From Chloroflexota bacterium (GTDB taxonomy: Bacteria; Vulcanimicrobiota; JAMCWD01): a stretch of 64,000 bases of DNA. The DNA is taken from positions 7,691 through 71,690 of the forward strand of contig JAMCWD010000034.1 of the NCBI GenBank assembly GCA_023475345.1, given 5' to 3'. Below, in pieces: positions 28,090 to 38,444 of this stretch (the stretch's first letter is position 1; every line of letters starts with the position of its first letter). The translations under genes were made by a program, and so were the position numbers. A model generated the notes under the pieces. That model had not been told where the DNA came from, made no database searches, and was given only the letters and a program-made list of their open reading frames with translations.

Positions 28090-28584
28090 TTGATCCTGGC
28101 GGATGTTCGAATAGGCCTGGGATATGACAGGCACCGGCTTGAAGAAGGCAGGAAGCTGGTTATCGGCGGGGTCGATATCCCACATCACAAGGGCCTCCGG
28201 GGCCACTCCGACGGGGACCTCCTGTGCCATGTCATTATGGATGCGCTTCTGGGCGCGGCGGATCTGGGCGAGATAGGCCTCCTGTTCCCGGACACAAACC
28301 CCGAATATAAAGATGCCGACAGCCTGAAACTCCTTGAAGACGTCGGGGGAAGGCTGAAAGCAAACGGTTGTAAAGTCGTCAATATCGATTGTGTGATCAT
28401 CGCCCAGGAGCCGAAGCTGTCGTCTTATTACGACGAAATGAAAAGGAAAGTCAGTTCCGCCCTGGAAATATTACCCCGGCAGGTAAGGCTCAAGGCCAAG
28501 ACCGGCGAAAATCTGGGGTGGGTAGGCAGCGGTGAAGGCATGGAAGCCTTTTGTACCGCCCTGGTTGAAGTATCCGGCGGTTGA
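28090..28584 (+). CDS. ispF: 2-C-methyl-D-erythritol 2,4-cyclodiphosphate synthase
   Basis: RIGLGYDRHRL, GHSDGD, IIAQEPKL. TTG start. Confidence 0.9.
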   Translation: MILADVRIGLGYDRHRLEEGRKLVIGGVDIPHHKGLRGHSDGDLLCHVIMDALLGAADLGEIGLLFPDTNPEYKDADSLKLLEDVGGRLKANGCKVVNIDCVIIAQEPKLSSYYDEMKRKVSSALEILPRQVRLKAKTGENLGWVGSGEGMEAFCTALVEVSGG

Positions 28585-28609
28585 CATTTAATCCGTCTCA
28601 GGAGGGTCG

Positions 28610-30010
28610 ATGGGAAGAATTTTTATAAAGAACGCGGATTTTATTATAACGATGGATGACGCCGGGAGCGTCCTGAAAAATGAAAGCATACTTATCGACG
28701 GCAATAAAATAGCCGATACAGGCGCATCCCTCAAGTCTTCACCCGGTGATGAGGTGATCGATGCCGCCGGTTGTGTAGTCATGCCGGGGATGGTGAACAC
28801 GCACCATCACCTGTATCAGACGATGAACAGGAACGTGCCGCGCGTTGCGGATTACGAGCTTTTCGACTGGCTTACCACGCTTTACGAGATCTGGAGAGAG
28901 TTGGATCCCGAATGGGTCAGGATAAGCACCCTTGTCGGGCTGGGAGAACTCCTCTTGACCGGTTGTACCCTTTCAACGGATATGTTTTATGTTTTCCCCA
29001 GGTCTGCGCCGCCTGATATTTTCGATTACGAAGTAGAGGCAGGCAAAAAGATAGGCATAAGGTTCCATCCCTGCAGGGGGAGCATGTCCAGGGGGAAGAG
29101 CCAGGGCGGCCTCCCGCCTGATGACGTGGTCCAGACAGAGGAAGAGATCTTTTCAGACTGCGAAAGGGTCATAAAAAAATACCACGACCCCTCCCCTTTC
29201 TCGATGTGCAGGATAGCGCTGGGGCCGTGTTCCCCGTTTTCGGTAACCGCCGAATTGATAAGGGAGACGGTGCGGTTCGCAAGGAAACATGGGGTTCTTT
29301 CCCATACCCACCTTGCCGAGACGAAAGACGAAGAAGAATACTGCCTGAAAGTTTATAAGAATCGGCCGTTCCATTTCATGCGTGACCTGGAGTGGGAAGG
29401 CGAAGATGTCTGGCTTGCCCATTGCATTTATCTCGACGAAGAAGAAATCCGGCTTATGGGGGAAACGCGCACAGGAGTTGCTCACTGCCCGGTATCGAAT
29501 ATGAGGCTCGGTTCCGGAGTGGCCCCTGTCCCCCAATTGATAAAGGCCGGGGCAAAAGTCAGCCTGGCGGTTGACGGGTCGGCGAGCAACGATTCTTCCG
29601 ACATGTGGGGAGAGGCCAGGAACTGCCTCCTGGTCCATCGCCTGAAAGGCGGGGCAAAAGCCATAACATCGGAACAGGTGCTGCGCCTTGCTACAAGAGG
29701 CGGGGCCGAAGTCCTGGGCTGGGACGAAATCGGCACACTTGAAAAAGGGAAGGCTGCGGATCTCGTGGTTATCGACTTGAAGAAGATCGGGTTTGCAGGC
29801 GGTCTTTTCGAGCCGGTGGGAGCGCTTCTTTTGACCGGCGATTCTCATATCGTCGATTATAATATCGTTAACGGCAATATCGTCGTCAGGAACGGGAAGC
29901 TGGTTAATGTAAACGAGGAAGAGCTGGTTGAACAGGCGAAAGAGCTTTCTTTTAAAAAGCTGGAAAAGGCCGGGAGAAAAACCGGCATCAATTATTTCCG
30001 TAAGGGATGA
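28610..30010 (+). CDS. Amidohydrolase superfamily deaminase (8-oxoguanine deaminase / AtzB-like subgroup)
   Basis: MPGMVNTHHHLYQT metal-binding motif, HLAET, VAHCP.SNMRLGSG, LAVDGSASND. Confidence 0.6.
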   Translation: MGRIFIKNADFIITMDDAGSVLKNESILIDGNKIADTGASLKSSPGDEVIDAAGCVVMPGMVNTHHHLYQTMNRNVPRVADYELFDWLTTLYEIWRELDPEWVRISTLVGLGELLLTGCTLSTDMFYVFPRSAPPDIFDYEVEAGKKIGIRFHPCRGSMSRGKSQGGLPPDDVVQTEEEIFSDCERVIKKYHDPSPFSMCRIALGPCSPFSVTAELIRETVRFARKHGVLSHTHLAETKDEEEYCLKVYKNRPFHFMRDLEWEGEDVWLAHCIYLDEEEIRLMGETRTGVAHCPVSNMRLGSGVAPVPQLIKAGAKVSLAVDGSASNDSSDMWGEARNCLLVHRLKGGAKAITSEQVLRLATRGGAEVLGWDEIGTLEKGKAADLVVIDLKKIGFAGGLFEPVGALLLTGDSHIVDYNIVNGNIVVRNGKLVNVNEEELVEQAKELSFKKLEKAGRKTGINYFRKG

Positions 30011-30016
30011 AAAGAA

Positions 30017-30400
30017 ATGAAAGAAGAAAACGCATTCGAACAGGCCCTGAAAATTCTGCATAACCAGGTCAACAAGATGTCGCCTTTTGAAAAAGCGGCG
30101 TTGTTGCTGGGCTCGCTGCCGCCGGAGATCATGATAGAAGCTTCCATGGAATTTTCAGAGATAGATATAAAGATGATCCTGCCGGAGATAGCCAGGGTTT
30201 TCGATAATTTTTCAATTGAAGTGGATGCGGTAATCGACGAGTTTCTCAGGCTCCACGGCCTCTGGCCGATGATGGAGCAGAAAGGCATGGAGACCGAGCT
30301 TCTCAGCGCCCGTTTTACATACTGGGCGAGAAGAAACCCACGCAGGCTGGGGTGCCTGCTGAAAGCCTCATGGCTTATGGAATACAGGGACAATGATTGA
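30017..30400 (+). CDS. Small protein resembling a FliG N-terminal / MgtE_N-type helical domain
   Basis: SPFEKAALLLGSLPPEIMIEASMEFSEIDIKMILPEIARV.......VDAVIDEFLRL follows the KAA.LL..L.PE....v...l...E......EIA........V..EF pattern of FliG_N. Confidence 0.4.
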   Translation: MKEENAFEQALKILHNQVNKMSPFEKAALLLGSLPPEIMIEASMEFSEIDIKMILPEIARVFDNFSIEVDAVIDEFLRLHGLWPMMEQKGMETELLSARFTYWARRNPRRLGCLLKASWLMEYRDND

Positions 30401-32132
30401 GAGGAGAAAAGAGATTATGGACGAGAAGACGCTTGCCGAACTCATCAGGGTAGCAAAAGGCGACGAGCCCGCGGAGATTGTTTTGAAGGGCGGCAAGGTG
30501 GCCGACCTTGCAGGAATGAGGTTCGTCGAGGGCGACGTGGCAATACACCGGGGCTTGATCATGGGCATCGGCGACTATAAAGGCATAGAGGAAGTCGATG
30601 TTTCGGGCAAGGTGATAACTCCCGGCTTCATGGATTCCCATGTCCACATAGAAAGCAGCATGGTAAGCCCGATCCAGTTTGCAAAGGCCGTAGTCCCGCT
30701 GGGCACGACGACGGTCGTTGCCGACCCGCACGAGATAACCAATGTCTGCGGCCTTAACGGGTTCCGCTACATGCTTTCCGCAGGCGGCGCCGTACCTCTC
30801 GATATAAATTTAATGGTGCCTTCATGCGTCCCGGCGACACACATGGAAACTTCCGGCGCAGACCTTGAAGCGTCCGATCTTCTTTCCGTAAAGAACGATA
30901 AGGGAGTGCTCGGCCTTGCGGAGATGATGAACTATCCCGGCGTGCTGTTCCAGGATCCCGGGGTGCTGAACAAGCTCCTCGATTTTTACGACAGGCCGAT
31001 TGACGGCCATGCGCCGATGCTTTCCGGCAATGACTTGAACGCTTACAGGCTGGCAGGCCCGTCGTCCGAGCATGAAAGCACAACCGCCGAAGAAGCCCTG
31101 GCAAAACTGAAAGCGGGCATGCAGATATTCGTCCGGGAAGGCTCCGTAACAAGGGACCTGGAGTCTCTGCTTCCGGCCATAAACCTGCTCAATTTCAGGT
31201 TCTTCTCCTTCGCAACGGATGACCGCGAGCCGGTGGATCTCATAGAAGAAGGTCATATCAATTTCCTCCTGAGAAAGGCCGTCAGGCTTGGGCTTGATCC
31301 CATAGTCGCAATTTCTATGGCATGCTACAACTCGATCCCGCATTACCGGTTCATAAGGCGGGGCCTGATAGCGCCGGGGTTCCGGGCGGATGTGGTCGTA
31401 CTCAATGACACTGTGGATTTCATCCCGTACCAGGTTTACGTGGAAGGAAAGCTTGTAGCGCAAAATGGGCAGGCACTGTTCACGCCCGGCTCCATTGACG
31501 ATTCGAAAGTTTTGAACACGGTAAATATCGGCGATATCTCGCCCGACAAATTGAAAGTGAAATCCGACGGCGGGGATATCCGCGTCATGGAGATAATACC
31601 GAACCAGATAGTAACGAAAGCTTTAACTCTTGCCCCGAAGGTGGTTGACGGTGAAGCCGTATCCGATACGGAGCGCGATATTTTGAAGGTTGCCGTTGTC
31701 GAGAGGCACAAGGCGACCGGTAATGTAGGCGTGGGTTTCGTCCGCGGCTTCGGCTTGAAGAAAGGCGCGGTGTCGTCAACCGTGGCGCACGACTCGCATA
31801 ACCTCATCATTATCGGCACTAACGACGATGATATGATGACGCTGATCAAGCATACAGTTCAGATGCAGGGGGGACAGGCGGTAGCCTGCAACGGCAAGGT
31901 CCTGGCGGATCTGCCCCTTGCAATCGGGGGGCTGATGTCAACCGAGCCCCTGCCCGCAGTCAAAGACAGGCTGGAAAAGATGTTCGCCGCAGCAGGAGAA
32001 CTCGGCTCGGCGCTTCACAGCCCGTTTATGGCGATGGCTTTCCTGGCGCTTCCGGTGGTCCCGGAATTGAAAATCACCGACGAGGGATATGTTGACGTTA
32101 CGAAGTTTGAGCGCGTTCCTGTCGGTGTATAA
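30393..32132 (+). CDS. ade: Adenine deaminase
   Basis: PGFMDSHVHIESSM, DPHEI.NV, TDDR, AHDSHNLI. An alternative start is MDEK at 30417. Confidence 0.85.
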   Translation: MIERRKEIMDEKTLAELIRVAKGDEPAEIVLKGGKVADLAGMRFVEGDVAIHRGLIMGIGDYKGIEEVDVSGKVITPGFMDSHVHIESSMVSPIQFAKAVVPLGTTTVVADPHEITNVCGLNGFRYMLSAGGAVPLDINLMVPSCVPATHMETSGADLEASDLLSVKNDKGVLGLAEMMNYPGVLFQDPGVLNKLLDFYDRPIDGHAPMLSGNDLNAYRLAGPSSEHESTTAEEALAKLKAGMQIFVREGSVTRDLESLLPAINLLNFRFFSFATDDREPVDLIEEGHINFLLRKAVRLGLDPIVAISMACYNSIPHYRFIRRGLIAPGFRADVVVLNDTVDFIPYQVYVEGKLVAQNGQALFTPGSIDDSKVLNTVNIGDISPDKLKVKSDGGDIRVMEIIPNQIVTKALTLAPKVVDGEAVSDTERDILKVAVVERHKATGNVGVGFVRGFGLKKGAVSSTVAHDSHNLIIIGTNDDDMMTLIKHTVQMQGGQAVACNGKVLADLPLAIGGLMSTEPLPAVKDRLEKMFAAAGELGSALHSPFMAMAFLALPVVPELKITDEGYVDVTKFERVPVGV

Positions 32133-32151
32133 ATTATGGAGGTGGGGTTAT

Positions 32152-33228
32152 ATGAATAAGAAGAAGTTTACGCTGATCGCCGGGGTTCTTATTTTGGCGG
32201 TTTTGATCGCAGCGGCCGGTTGTGCGGTTTCTCCCCAGCAGGCTATTAATAAAACCAAGAAGGCCATGCTGGATATCGAAAGCATGCACATGAACGGCAA
32301 AGCAAGCACAACGACGAAATACAAAGGCCAGGATATAAACGCGGGGCTGACCTTCGACGGCGATTTTACCGGGCTGAATACAATGGACAAGGGCAACTTC
32401 AGCATGGAAAACGAGCTGACTATCGGCATGGGCGGCATAAGCCTGCTGTTCGGTATCGACATGCGGATGATTGGCGATACCCTCTATATCCAGGCCAGCA
32501 AGCTCCCCGGCGCGATCCCGTTTTTAAAAGGTAAGTTCGCCGAAATCATGACGGCCATTCAAGGCAAATGGCTGAAGCTGGACATGACAAGCCTCAGGCA
32601 GCAAAGCAAAATGGATGAAAAAGCGCTGGCGGATCTGAAATCCAGGATCACCGACGAGTACATGAAATCCACACTGTATAACGACATCAAGGTGCTTGAA
32701 AAAGAAAAAATAGATGATGCACCATGTTACCATTACATGGTAACGATCGATAAAGGGAAGCTGTCAAGCTTCCTTGAAAAAGTCAACAACATCAAGATCG
32801 AGTGGATGAAGAAAAATTCGGGCGATCCCGAAGAGATCGAGAAGCTGGAAGAAGATGCGGATAAAATAAAAAACAGGCTGACCAAAACGGGTGATATTGT
32901 AATGGAGTTGTGGATCGACGAGAAAGATTTCTACCTGAGGAAACTGAAGACTGTTATAACTCTGGCGCCCAGCCCCGCTATGGAACCGATGAAAGTCCCC
33001 GTCGAATTGACGTTCGCCAATTTCAACAAGCCGGTAACGCTGGTCGAGCCTGGAGATGCAAAAACATTACCGGAATTTATTGCCGACGTTGTTAAAGCGA
33101 CAGGCGGCAAGATGCCTTCCATCCACTTTCCTTTCCCCAAAGATAAAATGCCTTTCGATATCGACAACGCGCCTATACCTGACAACTTTTTCCAGGCACC
33201 CGATAAACAGGGGCAGACAGCGCTCTGA
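32152..33228 (+). CDS. Lipoprotein, function unknown
   Basis: MNKKKFTLIAGVLILAVLIAAAGC (signal peptide plus lipobox). GGAGG RBS before the ATG at 32152. Confidence 0.6.
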   Translation: MNKKKFTLIAGVLILAVLIAAAGCAVSPQQAINKTKKAMLDIESMHMNGKASTTTKYKGQDINAGLTFDGDFTGLNTMDKGNFSMENELTIGMGGISLLFGIDMRMIGDTLYIQASKLPGAIPFLKGKFAEIMTAIQGKWLKLDMTSLRQQSKMDEKALADLKSRITDEYMKSTLYNDIKVLEKEKIDDAPCYHYMVTIDKGKLSSFLEKVNNIKIEWMKKNSGDPEEIEKLEEDADKIKNRLTKTGDIVMELWIDEKDFYLRKLKTVITLAPSPAMEPMKVPVELTFANFNKPVTLVEPGDAKTLPEFIADVVKATGGKMPSIHFPFPKDKMPFDIDNAPIPDNFFQAPDKQGQTAL

Positions 33229-33279
33229 AATTCAACAACCGGGCGGCATAATACGGGCTGATAAATTAACAGGTGTACC

Positions 33280-33301
33280 GGGGCACGGTTTTCCGTGCCC
33301 C
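33280..33301 (+). terminator. Strong GC hairpin after the lipoprotein gene (no U-run)
   Basis: GGGGCACGG-tttt-CCGTGCCCC, a 9-bp stem. It overlaps the upstream GTG given for the tsaE ORF in the track. Confidence 0.45.
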
Positions 33302-33327
33302 CTGACTTTAAGAAGAACTGCGGCAAA

Positions 33328-33771
33328 ATGAGCGAGAAAAAATTCAATACGCAAAGCGCGGAAGAAACGGAAAAACTGGGCGAGATGCTGGCTTCATATT
33401 TGAAAGAAGGCATGACGCTTGCATTTTACGGGAATCTAGGCGCGGGCAAAACCACCCTAATAAGAGGCATTTGTAAAGGCATGGGAATTGCGCACGGCGT
33501 CAAAAGCCCGAGCTTTGTCATAGTCATCCCCTACAAGGGAGGCAGGCTCCCCGTTTACCATATAGATGCATACAGGCTCGACTCGCATGAAGATCTCGTC
33601 GCGCTGGGACCGGAGGATTTCTTCACGGCTGACGGCGTGGCGCTCGTCGAGTGGGCGGAAAGAGTGGAGCCAGTACTTCCCCCGGACAGCGTCGTTATAA
33701 AGATGAGAGCAATTGCCGATGAGCCCGACAGCAGGGCGATAATTATCGATCCTCTGCCTGAAGAATGGTAG
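33328..33771 (+). CDS. tsaE: tRNA threonylcarbamoyladenosine biosynthesis ATPase TsaE
   Basis: GNLGAGKTTLIRGI..G, SPSF, HIDAYRL. The start is placed at the ATG at 33328. Confidence 0.85.
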   Translation: MSEKKFNTQSAEETEKLGEMLASYLKEGMTLAFYGNLGAGKTTLIRGICKGMGIAHGVKSPSFVIVIPYKGGRLPVYHIDAYRLDSHEDLVALGPEDFFTADGVALVEWAERVEPVLPPDSVVIKMRAIADEPDSRAIIIDPLPEEW

Positions 33772-33854
33772 AAAGCGGCTCCTGACATATTTTGCCGCGC
33801 AGCCTGCCCTATCTCTGGCACCCCTCAAAAGGAAAAAAATTAAATTCGGAGCGG

Positions 33855-35911
<2,057 letters not shown>

Positions 35912-35912
35912 G

Positions 35913-37232
35913 TTAAATCCACACCCTCAGCCATACCAGGTGATTAAAGTAAGCTTTGCTTATCGGGAGCCCTGTAAGCAGAGGATACCACAACGCCAGC
36001 ATTATTATGGCGCAGGCGATAAAAGTGTACCTGAGAAAGCGTCCCCCGGGGCCGGGCAGGTAACGGTAAAGCCATACCGCGACCCACAGGCTCATCCAGG
36101 GCACCGACTGTATCATGTAATAAAAGAAACATCCCTTGTAGCCGACGGCCCACGGGAGCCACTGGGAAAAATACCCCATAGCGACAAGAAAATCAGCCCG
36201 GATTTTTCTTTTCCATGCGGATACCGCCAGGAAAGGCAGCATCAAGAGGAAGCTCCACCAGAAAAGCGGGCTTCCTGTTGCGATTACACCGAAGATTTTT
36301 TTGCCTTCTTCCTGGTAATAGTACCATATCGGCCTTATGAGAGTCGGCCATTGCCAGAAATATGAAAGGTAGTGATGCTCGAATTTTTCCTTGTAGCGGA
36401 AATGGAGCATCCGCTCATGGTACTTGAAAATATCGACAATGGAAGTTCCTTTAAGAAGCCATGAGACATACGACAGGAGGTAAACGAGAAATATTATTAC
36501 CAGGAAAGGGACGGCTTCTTTTAAAGTACGGCTCAGGAATCCGCGTTTTTTATCGACGGGTATAAGGTAAATCGCGGCCAGCACGCCGAACGCTCCGAAC
36601 GCCCCTGACCACTTGCAGGCGGCGGCGATGCCGAAGAATATAGCGGAGAGCCATAGAAACACCGGCCTGCTCGAAGCCGCCCCGGCGGGGGCTTCGCCGG
36701 AGTTTTGTCCGGTATCGCAGGCATCGGGATTTTCAACAGGTCCGGCCGATACGGGATCTATTTCGTCTTTTCGATTTTTCGGGAAGAAGTAATATGCTCC
36801 GAAAAGGAACCCGATAAGCGAAAATGACGAAACGAAAATATCCAGTGTAGCTATCCTGCTCTGGACTATGTGGAGGAAATCGGCGGCCAGGAAAAGCGCG
36901 CCGGTCAGCGCCACAGCGTCGTGCCTGTAAATCCTGCGGCCGATCATGAAAAGCAGGGGGATCATAATGACGCCGAAAAGCAGGCTTGCCGATCTCCAGC
37001 TTACGAACTTATTGAGCGATGAAGCCGCCATGATCCCAAGCGCTATTATTTGCTTGGCAAGAGGCGGGTGATACAGGTTGGTATCCTTATCGCCGTGTAT
37101 GTATTCCTGGGCCGATTTGACATAATAAACTTCATCGAACATCATCTCAGGCGGGAAGCCGAGCCTGTACACCCGAAGACCCAGGCCGAAAAGGATGATT
37201 AATATAATTCCGATTAATATCCAGTTACGCAT
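35913..37232 (-). CDS. GT-C fold glycosyltransferase, family 39 (PMT-like, phospholipid carrier-dependent)
   Basis: A polytopic membrane protein with the loop-1 motif MMFDEVYYVKSAQEY (the DE motif of PMT/GT39 enzymes). Confidence 0.7.
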   Translation of the reverse strand: MRNWILIGIILIILFGLGLRVYRLGFPPEMMFDEVYYVKSAQEYIHGDKDTNLYHPPLAKQIIALGIMAASSLNKFVSWRSASLLFGVIMIPLLFMIGRRIYRHDAVALTGALFLAADFLHIVQSRIATLDIFVSSFSLIGFLFGAYYFFPKNRKDEIDPVSAGPVENPDACDTGQNSGEAPAGAASSRPVFLWLSAIFFGIAAACKWSGAFGAFGVLAAIYLIPVDKKRGFLSRTLKEAVPFLVIIFLVYLLSYVSWLLKGTSIVDIFKYHERMLHFRYKEKFEHHYLSYFWQWPTLIRPIWYYYQEEGKKIFGVIATGSPLFWWSFLLMLPFLAVSAWKRKIRADFLVAMGYFSQWLPWAVGYKGCFFYYMIQSVPWMSLWVAVWLYRYLPGPGGRFLRYTFIACAIIMLALWYPLLTGLPISKAYFNHLVWLRVWI

Positions 37233-37234
37233 GA

Positions 37235-37990
37235 TCAGGGCTTATTCGTTTTTGCCGCTTTATTCCTGCCGATTATAAGGATGGGGATAAAAATAATAAG
37301 CATTATTATGCAGGCCGCCTGTGCCTGGCTTATTCCTGAAAAAACATTATAGCTGTCCCGGAAAATCTCGACGATGAAGCGGGCGATGGAATATAAAATA
37401 ATCCCCATAACGATCAGTTCGCCCTGGAATTTTTGTTTTTTCTCCCAGAGGAGGAGCAGGGCTACGATTAAAAGATCCATGATTAACTCGTAAATCTGTG
37501 CCGGGTGCCTCGGCTCTGTAAGCTCTGCGCTTTTAAATACACAGGCCCAGGGGAGAGAAGAAATTTTCCCATAGCAGCACCCGTTAAGAAAACATCCGAT
37601 CCTGCCTATGGCAAGTCCCAGGAACGATGAGGGGATCGCCAGATCAAGCAGTTTTAAAAAAGGGATCCTGGTCCTGCGTGAATAGATCCATGCGGCGAGT
37701 ATGCCGCCCGCCATGCCCCCGTGCCATGAGAGCCCTCCCTGGCGCAGCATGATGATCTCAAGGAGATGATGCAAATAATATACGGGGTTCAGGAAAACAT
37801 AAACAAGCCGCGCGCCTATTATCCCACCGATTATTAAATATAAGGATAAATCGACGGCGGTATCTGCCGGCAGGCCTGCTTTATCGGTCCGCCATTTAAG
37901 AAGAAGCAGACCGAAGATAAAACCGACAACAAGCATTACTGCATAAGAATAAATCTGGAAGCCGAATATATCGAACATCACGCGGTGCAT
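37235..37990 (-). CDS. lgt: Prolipoprotein diacylglyceryl transferase
   Basis: GGLSWHGG, GRIGCFLNGCCYG, HPAQIYE. Confidence 0.9.
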   Translation of the reverse strand: MHRVMFDIFGFQIYSYAVMLVVGFIFGLLLLKWRTDKAGLPADTAVDLSLYLIIGGIIGARLVYVFLNPVYYLHHLLEIIMLRQGGLSWHGGMAGGILAAWIYSRRTRIPFLKLLDLAIPSSFLGLAIGRIGCFLNGCCYGKISSLPWACVFKSAELTEPRHPAQIYELIMDLLIVALLLLWEKKQKFQGELIVMGIILYSIARFIVEIFRDSYNVFSGISQAQAACIIMLIIFIPILIIGRNKAAKTNKP

Positions 37991-37991
37991 G

Positions 37992-38444
37992 TCAGTCTTC
38001 CTCCCGCCTTTTATCAGTCAGGAACAGGTAGGCCAGGATAAGAACACCGATTGTTATGTAAGAATCCGCCAGGTTGAATACAGGCCAGAATTTCAGGTCT
38101 ATGAAATCGATGACGTACCCCATCTTCAAGCGGTCTATGAGATTGCCGACGGCGCCGCCCCCGACTAAAGCAAGCCCCACCTGGTATATGTAAGGCAGCC
38201 TGGTGATTTTTTTGATAAAAATCACCATAACAAGGAAGACCAGCGCCCCTGCTATAGTGAAGAATGAGGGCGAAGCCGGGAGTATGCCGAAAGCCCCGCC
38301 AGTATTGGAAGTCAGGTTGAGCATAACAGCGCCGCCGAAAAGGGGTATCTGCCCCGATTTCAGGGTGCCTGCCGCCCAGTATTTCGCAGCCTGATCGGTG
38401 ATAATACACAGGGCTAACAGTATGGGGAAGAGCCAGCGTTTCAT
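37992..38444 (-). CDS. lspA: Lipoprotein signal peptidase II
   Basis: NTGGAFG, GGAVGNLIDR, FNLADSYITIG. Confidence 0.9.
   Translation of the reverse strand: MKRWLFPILLALCIITDQAAKYWAAGTLKSGQIPLFGGAVMLNLTSNTGGAFGILPASPSFFTIAGALVFLVMVIFIKKITRLPYIYQVGLALVGGGAVGNLIDRLKMGYVIDFIDLKFWPVFNLADSYITIGVLILAYLFLTDKRREED

Noticed and set aside
28585-28609. Possible purine riboswitch ahead of the deaminase genes
   Set aside because: The gap after ispF is only 25 nt, and the ade gene overlaps its upstream ORF, so there is no room for an aptamer.
29153-30061. 302-aa antisense ORF opposite the amidohydrolase gene
   Set aside because: It has no recognisable domain, and the plus-strand gene has complete amidohydrolase metal-binding motifs.
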